The translations under genes and the position numbers were made by a program. From the human T2T-CHM13v2.0 reference genome, Homo sapiens, in the NCBI RefSeq assembly GCF_009914755.1, contig NC_060936.1: a stretch of DNA of 64,000 nt; one strand, given 5' to 3'. Below the pieces are notes generated by a model. It was not told the origin of the DNA. It did not search any database and saw only the letters and a list, made by a program, of their open reading frames with translations. Positions 12,947 through 24,700 of the stretch are shown piece by piece. Every line of letters starts with the position of its first letter. Positions within the stretch are counted from its first letter, which is position 1.

Positions 12947-14985
12947 TCCCGTTTCCAACGAAGGCCTCAAAGAGGTCCAAGTATCTGCTTGCAGACGTTA
13001 CAGACAGAGTGTTTCCAAACTGCTCCATCAAAAGAAAGGTTAAACTCCTTGAGTTGAACACACACATCACAAAGTAGTTTCTGTGAATGATTCTGTCTAG
13101 TTTTTATACGAAGATGTTTCCTTTTCTACCTTTGGTCTCAAAGCGATTGAAATCTCCACATGGAAACTCCACAAAAAGAGTGTTTCAAATCTGCTCTTTC
13201 TGAAGGAAGGTTCAACTCTGTGAGTTGAATACACACACCACAAATAAGTTACTGAGAATTCTTCTGTGTAACATTATATGAGGAAATCCCGTTTCCAACG
13301 AAGGCCTCAAAGAGGTCCAAATATCCACTTGCAGACTTTACAAAGACAGTGTCTCCAAACTCCTCCATCAAAAGAAAGGTTATACTCTGTGAATTGAACG
13401 CACACATCACAAAGTAGTTTCTGAGAATGATTCTGTCTAGTTTTTATACGAAGATATTTCCTTTTCTACATTTGGCCTAAAAGCGCTTGAAATCTCCACC
13501 TGCAAATATCACAAAAAGAGGGTTTCACATCTGCTCTGTCTAAAGGACAGTTCACCTCTGTGAGTTGAATAGAGGCAACACAAAGAACTTACTCAGTATT
13601 CTTCTTTCTAGCATTCTATGAAGAAATCCCGTTTCCAACGAAGGCCCCAAAGAGGTCCAAATATCTGCTTGCAGACTTTACAGACAGAGTTTTTCCAAAC
13701 TGCTCCATCAAAAGAATGGTTAAACTCCTTGAATTGAACACACACATCACAAAGTAGTTTCTGTGAATGATTCTGTCTAGTTTTTATACGAAGATGTTTC
13801 CTTTTCTACCTTTGGTCTCAAAGCGATTGAAATCTCCACATGGAAACTCCACAAAAAGAGTGTTTCAAATCTGCTCTTTCTGAAGGAAGGTTCAACTCTG
13901 TGAGTTGAATACACACACCACAAATAAGTTACTGAGAATTCTTCTGTGTAACATTATATGAGGAAATCCCGTTTCCAACGAAGGCCTCAAAGAGGTCCAA
14001 ATATCCACTTGCAGACTTTACAAAGACAGTGTCTCCAAACTCCTCCATCAAAAGAAAGGTTATACTCTGTGAATTGAACGCACACATCACAAAGTAGTTT
14101 CTGAGAATGATTCTGTCTAGTTTTTATACGAAGATATTTCCTTTTCTACATTTGGCCTAAAAGCGCTTGAAATCTCCACCTGCAAATATCACAAAAAGAG
14201 GGTTTCACATCTGCTCTGTCTAAAGGACAGTTCACCTCTGTGAGTTGAATAGAGGCAACACAAAGAACTTACTCAGTATTCTTCTTTCTAGCATTCTATG
14301 AACAAATCCCGTTTCCAACGAAGACCCCAAAGAGGTCCAAATATCTGCTTGCAGACTTTACAGACAGAGTTTTTACAAACTACTCTATGAAAAGAAAGCT
14401 TAAACTCCTTGAGTTGAACGCACACATCACAAAGTAGTTTCTGAGAATGATTCTGTCTAGTTTTTATACGAAGATGTTTCCTTTTCTACATTTGGTCTCA
14501 AAGCGATTGAAATCTCCAACTGGAAACTGCACAAATAGGCTGTTTCAAATCTGCTCTGTCTAAAGGAAGGTTCAGCTCTGTGAGTTGAATACACACACCA
14601 CAAATAAGTTACTGAGAATTCTTCTGTCGAACATTACAGGAAGAAATCCCGTTTCCAACGAAGGCCTCAAAGAGGTCCAAATATCCACTTGCGGACATTA
14701 CAAACAGTGTGTTTCCCAACTGCTCCATCAAAAGAAAGGTTAAACTCTGTGAGCTGAACACACACATCAAAAAGAAGTTTCTGTGAATGATTCTGTCTAG
14801 ATTTTATAAGAAGATGTTTCCTTTTCTACCGTAGGCCTCAAAGCGCTTGAAATCTCCAGCTGCAAATTCCACAAAAAGGGTGTTTAACATCTGCTCTTCT
14901 AAAGGAAAGTTCAACTCTATGAGTTGAATACACACAGCACAAAGAAGTTACTGAGACTTCTCCTATCAAACATTATATGAAGAAA
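12947..14985 (-). repeat. Isolated 12-mer HOR variant (A-B-A'-B-C*-D)
   Basis: Two B dimers precede C. C* starts with an A'-type junction (GCATTC...CCCCAAAG, GAGTTTTT) and then switches to ACTACTCTATG. Confidence 0.87.
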
Positions 14986-15663
14986 TCCCGTTTCCAACGA
15001 AGGCCTCAAAGAGGTCAAATATCTGCTTGCAGACTTTACAGACAGAGTGTTTCCAAACTACTCTATGAAAAGAAAGCTTAAACTCCTTGAGTTGAACGCA
15101 CACATCACAAAGTAGTTTCTGAGAATGATTCTGTCTAGTTTTTATACGAAGATGTTTCCTTTTCTACATTTGGTCTCAAAGCGATTGAAATCTCCAACTG
15201 GAAACTGCACAAATAGGGTGTTTCAAATCTGCTCTGTCTAAAGGAAGGTTCAACTCTGTGAGTTGAATACACACACCACAAATAAGTTACTGAGAATTCT
15301 TCTGTCGAACATTACAGGAAGAAATCCCGTTTCCAACGAAGGCCTCAAAGAGGTCCAAATATCCACTTGCAGACATTACAAACAGTGTGTTTCCCAACTG
15401 CTCCATCAAAAGAAAGGTTAAACTCTGTGAGCTGAACACACACATCAAAAAGAAGTTTCTGTGAATGATTCTGTCTAGATTTTATAAGAAGATGTTTCCT
15501 TTTCTACCTTAGCCCTCAAAGCGCTTGAAATCTCCAGCTGGAAATTCCACAAAAAGGGTGTTTAACATCTGCTCTTCTAAAGGAAAGTTCAACTCTATGA
15601 GTTGAATACACACAGCACAAAGAAGTTACTGAGACTTCTCCTATCAAACATTATATGAAGAAA
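14986..15663 (-). repeat. 4-mer (C-D) truncated HOR
   Basis: The D end (CTCCTATCAAACATTATATG) is followed directly by a C dimer (GGTCAAAT...ACTACTCTATG...AAGCTT); A and B are absent. Confidence 0.88.
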
Positions 15664-18600
15664 TCCCGTTTCCAACGAAGGCCTCAAAGAGGTCCAAATA
15701 TCTGCTTGCAGATTTTACAGACAGAGTGTTTCCAAACAGCTCCATCAAAAGAAAGGTTAAACTCCTTGAGTTGAACACACACATCACAAACTAGTTTCTG
15801 TGAATGATTCTGTCTAGTTTTTATACGAAGATGTTTCCTTTTCTACCTTTGGTCTCAAAGCGATTGAAATCTCCACATGGAAACTCCACAAAAAGAGTGT
15901 TTCAAATCTGCTCTTTCTGAAGGAAGGTTCAACTCTGTGAGTTGAATACACACACCACAAATAAGTTACTGAGAATTCTTCTGTGTAACATTATATGAGG
16001 AAATCCCGTTTCCAACGAAGGCCTCAAAGAGGTCCAAATATCCACTTGCAGACTTTACAAACACAGTGTCTCCAAACTCCTCCATCAAAAGAAAGGTTAT
16101 ACTCTGTGAATTGAACGCACACATCACAAAGTAGTTTCTGAGAATGATTCTGTCTAGTTTTTATACGAAGATATTTCCTTTTCTACATTTGGCCTAAAAG
16201 TGCTTGAAATCTCCACCTGCAAATATCACAAAAAGAGGGTTTCACATCTGCTCTGTCTAAAGGACAGTTCACCTCTGTGAGTTGAATAGAGGCAACACAA
16301 AGAACTTACTCAGTATTCTTCTTTCTAGCGTTCTATGAAGAAATCCCGTTTCCAACGAAGGCCTCAAAGAGGTCCAAATATCTGCTTGCAGACTTTACAG
16401 ACAGAGTGTTTCCAAACTACTCTATGAAAAGAAAGCTTAAATCCTTGAGTTGAACGCACACATCACAAAATAGTTTCTGAGAATGATTCTGTCTTGTTTT
16501 TATACCAAGATCTTTCCGTTTCTATGATTGGCCTCAAAGCGATTGAAATCTCCAACTGGAAACTGCACAAATAGGGTGTTTCAAATCTGCTCTGTCTAAA
16601 GGAAGGTTCAACTCTGTGAGTTGAATACACACACCACACATAAGTTACTGAGAATTCTTCTGTCGAACATTACAGGAAGAAATCCCGTTACCAACGAAGG
16701 CCTCAAAGAGGTCCAAATATCCACTTGCAGACATTACAAACAGTGTGTTTGCAAACTGCTCCATCAAAAGAAAGGTTAAACTCTGTGAGCTGAACACACA
16801 CATCAAAAAGAAGTTTCTGTGAATGATTCTGTCTAGATTTTATAAGAAGATGTTTCCTTTTCTACCGTAGGCCTCAAAGCGCTTGAAATCTCCAGCTGCA
16901 AATTCCACAAAAAGGGTGTTTAACATCTGCTCTTCTAAAGGAAAGTTCAACTCTATGAGTTGAATACACACAGCACAAAGAAGTTTCTGAGACTTCTCCT
17001 ATCAAACATTATATGAAGAAATCCCGTTTCCAACGAAGGCCTCAAAGAGGTCCAAATATCTGCTTGCAGACTTTACAGACAGAGTGTTTCCAAACTGCTC
17101 CATCAAAAGAAAGGTTAAACTCCTTGAGTTGAACACACACATCACAAAGTAGTTTCTGTGAATGATTCTGTCTAGTTTTTATACGAAGATGTTTCCTTTT
17201 CTACCTTTGGTCTCAAAGCGATTGAAATCTCCACATGGAAACTCCACAAAAAGAGTGTTTCAAATCTGCTCTTTCTGAAGGAAGGTTCAACTCTGTGAGT
17301 TGAATACACACACCACAAATAAGTTACTGAGAATTCTTCTGTGTAACATTATATGAGGAAATCCCGTTTCCAACGAAGGCCTCAAAGAGGTCCAAATATC
17401 CACTTGCAGACTTTACAAAGACAGTGTCTCCAAACTCCTCCATCGAAAGAATGGTTATACTCTGTGAATTGAACGCACACATCACAAAGTAGTTTCTGAG
17501 AATGATTCTGTCTAGTTTTTATACGAAGATATTTCCTTTTCTACATTTGGCCTAAAAGCGCTTGAAATCTCCACCTGCAAATATCACAAAAAGAGGGTTT
17601 CACATCTGCTCTGTCTAAAGGACAGTTCACCTCTGTGAGTTGAATAGAGGCAACACAAAGAACTTACTCAGTATTCTTCTTTCTAGCGTTCTATGAAGAA
17701 ATCCCGTTTCCAACGAAGGCCCCAAAGAGGTCCAAATATCTGCTTGCAGACTTTACAGACAGAGTGTTTCCAAACTACTCTATGAAAAGAAAGCTTAAAC
17801 TCCTTGAGTTGAACGCACACATCACAAAGTAGTTTCTGAGAATGATTCTGTCTAGTTTTTATACGAAGATGTTTCCTTTTCTACATTTGGTCTCAAAGCG
17901 ATTGAAATCTCCAACTGGAAACTGCACAAATAGGCTGTTTCAAATCTGCTCTGTCTAAAGGAAGGTTCAACTCTGTGAGTTGAATACACACACCACAAAT
18001 AAGTTACTGAGAATTCTTCCGTCGAACATTACTTGAAGAAATCCCGTTTCCAACGAAGGCCTCAAAGAGGTCCAAATATCCACTTGCAGACATTACAAAC
18101 AGAGTGTTTCCAAAACTGCTCCATCAAAAGAAAGGTTAAACTCTGTGAGCTGAACACACACATCAAAAAGAAGTTTCTGTGAATGATTCTGTCTAGATTT
18201 TATAAGAAGATGTTTCCTTTTCTACCGTAGGCCTCAAAGCGCTTGAAATCTCCAGCTGCAAATTCCACAAAAAGGGTGTTTAACATCTGCTCTTCTAAAG
18301 GAAAGTTCAACTCTATGAGTTGAATACACACAGCACAAAGAAGTTACTGAGACTTCTCCTATCAAACATTATATGAAGAAATCCCGTTTCCAACGAAGGC
18401 CTCAAAGAGGTCCAAATATCTGCTTGCAGACTTTACAGACAGAGTGTTTCCAAACTGCTCCATCAAAAGAAAGGTTAAACTCCTTGAGTTGAACACACAC
18501 ATCACAAAGTAGTTTCTGTGAATGATTCTGTCTAGTTTTTATACGAAGATGTTTCCTTTTCTACCTTTGGTCTCAAAGCGATTGAAATCTCCACATGGAA

Positions 18601-21098
18601 ACTCCACAAAAAGAGTGTTTCAAATCTGCTCTTTCTGAAGGAAGGTTCAACTCTGTGAGTTGAATACACACACCACAAATAAGTTACTGAGAATTCTTCT
18701 GTGTAACATTATATGAGGAAATCCCGTTTCCAACGAAGGCCTCAAAGAGGTCCAAATATCCACTTGCAGACTTTACAAAGACAGTGTCTCCAAACTCCTC
18801 CATCAAAAGAAAGGTTATACTCTGTGAATTGAACGCACACATCACAAAGTAGTTTCTGAGAATGATTCTGTCTAGTTTTTATACGAAGATATTTCCTTTT
18901 CTACATTTGGCCTAAAAGCGCTTGAAATCTCCACCTGCAAATATCACAAAAAGAGGGTTTCACATCTGCTCTGTCTAAAGGACAGTTCACCTCTGTGAGT
19001 TGAATAGAGGCAACACAAAGAACTTACTCAGTATTCTTCTTTCTAGCGTTCTATGAAGAAATCCCGTTTCCAACGAAGGCCCCAAAGAGGTCCAAATATC
19101 TGCTTGCAGACTTTACAGACAGAGTGTTTCCAAACTACTCTATGAAAAGAAAGCTTAAACTCCTTGAGTTGAACGCACACATCACAAAGTAGTTTCTGAG
19201 AATGATTCTGTCTAGTTTTTATACGAAGATGTTTCCTTTTCTACATTTGGTCTCAAAGCGATTGAAATCTCCAACTGGAAACTGCACAAATAGGGTGTTT
19301 CAAATCTGCTCTGTCTAAAGGAAGGTTCAACTCTGTGAGTTGAATACACACACCACAAATAAGTTACTGAGAATTCTTCTGTCGAACATTACTTGAAGAA
19401 ATCCCGTTTCCAACGAAGGCCTCAAAGAGGTCCAAATATCCACTTGCAGACATTACAAACAGAGTGTTTCCAAACTGCTCCATCAAAAGAAAGGTTAAAC
19501 TCTGTGAGCTGAACACACACATCAAAAAGAAGTTTCTGTGAATGATTCTGTCTAGATATTATAAGAAGATGTTTCCTTTTCTACCGTAGGCCTCAAAGCG
19601 CTTGAAATCTCCACCTGCAAATTCCACAAAAAGGGTGTTTAACATCTGCTCTTCTAAAGGAAAGTTCAACTCTATGAGTTGAATACACACAGCACAAAGA
19701 AGTTACTGAGACTTCTCCTATCAAACATTATATGAAGAAATCCCGTTTCCAAAGAAGGCCTCAAAGAGGTCCAAATATCTGCTTGCAGACTTTACAGACA
19801 GAGTGTTTCCAAACTGCTCCATCAAAAGAAAGGTTAAACTCCTTGAGTTGAACACACACATCACAAAGTAGTTTCTGTGAATGATTCTGTCTAGTTTTTA
19901 TACGAAGATGTTTCCTTTTCTACCTTTGGTCTCAATGCGATTGAAATCTCCACATGGAAACTCCACAAAAAGAGTGTTTCAAATCTGCTCTTTCTGAAGA
20001 AAGGTTCAACTCTGTGAGTTGAATACACACACCACAAATAAGTTACTGAGAATTCTTCTGTGTAACATTATATGAGGAAATCCCGTTTCCAACGAAGGCC
20101 TCAAAGAGATACAAATATCCACTTGCAGACTTTACAAAGACAGTGTCTCCAAACTCCTCCATCAAAAGAAAGGTTATACTCTGTGAATGGAACGCACACA
20201 TCACAAAGAAGTTTCTGAGAATGATTCTGTCTAGTTTTTATACGAAGATATTTCCTTTTCTACATTTGGCCTAAAAGCGCTTGAAATCTCCACCTGCAAA
20301 TATCACAAAAAGAGGGTTTCACATCTGCTCTGTCTAAAGGACAGTTCACCTCTGTGAGTTGAATAGAGGCAACACAAAGAACTTACTCAGTATTCTTCTT
20401 TCTAGCGTTCTATGAAGAAATCCCGTTTCCAACGAAGGCCTCAAAGAGGTCAAATATCTGCTTGCAGACTTTACAGACAGAGTGTTTCCAAACTACTCTA
20501 TGAAAAGAAAGCTTAAACTCCTTGAGTTGAACGCACACATCACAAAGTAGTTTCTGAGAATGATTCTGTCTAGTTTTTATACGAAGATGTTTCCTTTTCT
20601 ACATTTGGTCTCAAAGCGATTGAAATCTCCAACTGGAAACTGCACAAATAGGGTGTTTCAAATCTGCTCTGTCTAAAGGAAGGTTCAACTCTGTGAGTTG
20701 AATACACACACCACAAATAAGTTACTGAGAATTCTTCTGTCGAACATTACTTGAAGAAATCCCGTTTCCAACGAAGGCCTCAAAGAGGTCCAAATATCCA
20801 CTTGCAGACATTACAAACACAGTGTTTCCAAACTGCTCCATCAAAAGAAAGGTTAAACTCTGTGAGCTGAACACACACATCAAAAAGAAGTTTCTGTGAA
20901 TGATTCTGTCTAGATTTTATAAGAAGATGTTTCCTTTTCTACCGTAGGCCTCAAAGCGCTTGAAATCTCCAGCTGCAAATTCCACAAAAAGGGTGTTTAA
21001 CATCTGCTCTTCTAAAGGAAAGTTCAACTCTATGAGTTGAATACACACAGCACAAAGAAGTTACTGAGACTTCTCCTATCAAACATTATATGAAGAAA
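15664..21098 (-). repeat. Four canonical 8-mer HORs (A-B-C-D, ~1359 bp)
   Basis: A-type boxes at ~15664, 17022, 18382 and 19741, each followed by B, C and D. Confidence 0.9.
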
Positions 21099-21776
21099 TC
21101 CCGTTTCCAACGAAGGCCTCAAAGAGGTCAAATATCTGCTTGCAGACTTTACAGACAGAGTGTTTCCAAACTACTCTATGAAAAGAAAGCTTAAACTCCT
21201 TGAGTTGAACGCACACATCACAAAGTAGTTTCTGAGAATGATTCTGTCTAGTTTTTATACGAAGATGTTTCCTTTTCTACATTTGGTCTCAAAGCGATTG
21301 AAATCTCCAACTGGAAACTGCACAAATAGGGTGTTTCAAATCTGCTCTGTCTAAAGGAAGGTTCAACTCTGTGAGTTGAATACACACACCACAAATAAGT
21401 TACTGAGAATTCTTCTGTCGAACATTACAGGAAGAAATCCCGTTTCCAACGAAGGCCTCAAAGAGGTCCAAATATCCACTTGCAGACATTACAAACAGTG
21501 TGTTTCCCAACTGCTCCATCAAAAGAAAGGTTAAACTCTGTGAGCTGAACACACACATCAAAAAGAAGTTTCTGTGAATGATTCTGTCTAGATTTTATAA
21601 GAAGATGTTTCCTTTTCTACCTTAGCCCTCAAAGCGCTTGAAATCTCCAGCTGGAAATTCCACAAAAAGGGTGTTTAACATCTGCTCTTCTAAAGGAAAG
21701 TTCAACTCTATGAGTTGAATACACACAGCACAAAGAAGTTACTGAGACTTCTCCTATCAAACATTATATGAAGAAA
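21099..21776 (-). repeat. 4-mer (C-D) truncated HOR, second copy
   Basis: Same D-to-C junction and same private SNVs (CCTTAGCCCTC, CAGCTGGAAAT) as 14986-15663. Confidence 0.88.
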
Positions 21777-24700
21777 TCCCGTTTCCAACGAAGGCCTCAA
21801 AGAGGTCCAAATATCTGCTTGCAGATTTTACAGACAGAGTGTTTCCAAACTGCTCCATCAAAAGAAAGGTTAAACTCCTTGAGTTGAACACACACATCAC
21901 AAACTAGTTTCTGTGAATGATTCTGTCTAGTTTTTATACGAAGATGTTTCCTTTTCTACCTTTGGTCTCAAAGCGATTGAAATCTCCACATGGAAACTCC
22001 ACAAAAAGAGTGTTTCAAATCTGCTCTTTCTGAAGGAAGGTTCAACTCTGTGAGTTGAATACACACACCACAAATAAGTTACTGAGAATTCTTCTGTGTA
22101 ACATTATATGAGGAAATCCCGTTTCCAACTAAGGCCTCAAAGAGGTCCAAATATCCACTTGCAGACTTTACAAACACAGTGTCTCCAAACTCCTCCATCA
22201 AAAGAAAGGTTATACTCTGTGAATTGAACGCACACATCACAAAGTAGTTTCTGAGAATGATTCTGTCTAGTTTTTATACGAAGATATTTCCTTTTCTACA
22301 TTTGGCCTAAAAGTGCTTGAAATCTCCACCTGCAAATATCACAAAAAGAGGGTTTCACATCTGCTCTGTCTAAAGGACAGTTCACCTCTGTGAGTTGAAT
22401 AGAGGCAACACAAAGAACTTACTCAGTATTCTTCTTTCTAGCGTTCTATGAAGAAATCCCGTTTCCAACGAAGGCCTCAAAGAGGTCCAAATATCTGCTT
22501 GCAGACTTTACAGACAGAGTGTTTCCAAACTACTCTATGAAAAGAAAGCTTAAATCCTTGAGTTGAACGCACACATCACAAAATAGTTTCTGAGAATGAT
22601 TCTGTCTTGTTTTTATACCAAGATCTTTCCGTTTCTATGATTGGCCTCAAAGCGATTGAAATCTCCAACTGGAAACTGCACAAATAGGGTGTTTCAAATC
22701 TGCTCTGTCTAAAGGAAGGTTCAACTCTGTGAGTTGAATACACACACAACAAATAAGTTACTGAGAATTCTTCTGATGAACATTACATGAAGAAATCCCG
22801 TTTCCAACGAAGGCCTCAAAGAGGTCCAAATATCCACTTGCAGACATTACAGACAGAGTGTTTCCAAACTGCTCCATCAAAGGAAAGGTTAAACTCTGTG
22901 AGCTGAACACACACATCAAAAAGAAGTTTCTGTGAATGATTCTGTCTAGATTTTATAAGAAGATGTTTCCTTTTCTACCGTAGGCCTCAAAGCGCTTGAA
23001 ATCTCCAGCTGCAAATTCCACAAAAAGGGTGTTTAACATCTGCTCTTCTAAAGGAAAGTTCAACTCTATGAGTTGAATACACACAGCACAAAGAAGTTTC
23101 TGAGACTTCTCCTATCAAACATTATATGAAGAAATCCCGTTTCCAACGAAGGCCTCAAAGAGGTCCAAATATCTGCTTGCAGACTTTACAGACAGAGTGT
23201 TTCCAAACAGCTCCATCAAAAGAAAGGTTAAACTCCTTGAGTTGAACACACACATCACAAAGTAGTTTCTGTGAATGATTCTGTCTAGTTTTTATACGAA
23301 GATGTTTCCTTTTCTACCTTTGGTCTCAAAGCGATTGAAATCTCCACATGGAAACTCCACAAAAAGAGTGTTTCAAATCTGCTCTTCCTGAAGGAAGGTT
23401 CAACTCTGTGAGTTGAATACACACACCACAAATAAGTTACTGAGAATTCTTCTGTGTAACATTATATGAGGAAATCCCGTTTCCAACGAAGGCCTCAAAG
23501 AGGTCCAAATATCCACTTGCAGACTTTACAAAGACAGTGTCTCCAAACTCCTCCATCGAAAGAATGGTTATACTCTGTGAATTGAACGCACACATCACAA
23601 AGTAGTTTCTGAGAATGATTCTGTCTAGTTTTTATACGAAGATATTTGCTTTTCTACATTTGGCCTAAAAGCGCTTGAAATCTCCACCTGCAAATATCAC
23701 AAAAAGAGGGTTTCACATCTGCTCTGTCTAAAGGACAGTTCACCTCTGTGAGTTGAATAGAGGCAACACAAAGAACTTACTCAGTATTCTTCTTTCTAGC
23801 GTTCTATGAAGAAATCCCGTTTCCAACGAAGGCCCCAAAGAGGTCCAAATATCTGCTTGCAGACTTTACAGACAGAGTGTTTCCAAACTACTCTATGAAA
23901 AGAAAGCTTAAACTCCTTGAGTTGAACGCACACATCACAAAGTAGTTTCTGAGAATGATTCTGTCTAGTTTTTATACGAAGATGTTTCCTTTTCTACATT
24001 TGGTCTCAAAGCGATTGAAATCTCCAACTGGAAACTGCACAAATAGGCTGTTTCAAATCTGCTCTGTCTAAAGGAAGGTTCAACTCTGTGAGTTGAATAC
24101 ACACACCACAAATAAGTTACTGAGAATTCTTCCGTCGAACATTACTTGAAGAAATCCCGTTTCCAACGAAGGCCTCAAAGAGGTCCAAATATCCACTTGC
24201 AGACATTACAAACAGAGTGTTTCCAAAACTGCTCCATCAAAAGAAAGGTTAAACTCTGTGAGCTGAACACACACATCAAAAAGAAGTTTCTGTGAATGAT
24301 TCTGTCTAGATTTTATAAGAAGATGTTTCCTTTTCTACCGTAGGCCTCAAAGCGCTTGAAATCTCCAGCTGCAAATTCCACAAAAAGGGTGTTTAACATC
24401 TGCTCTTCTAAAGGAAAGTTCAACTCTATGAGTTGAATACACACAGCACAAAGAAGTTACTGAGACTTCTCCTATCAAACATTATATGAAGAAATCCCGT
24501 TTCCAACGAAGGCCTCAAAGAGGTCCAAATATCTGCTTGCAGACTTTACAGACAGAGTGTTTCCAAACTGCTCCATCAAAAGAAAGGTTAAACTCCTTGA
24601 GTTGAACACACACATCACAAAGTAGTTTCTGTGAATGATTCTGTCTAGTTTTTATACGAAGATGTTTCCTTTTCTACCTTTGGTCTCAAAGCGATTGAAA

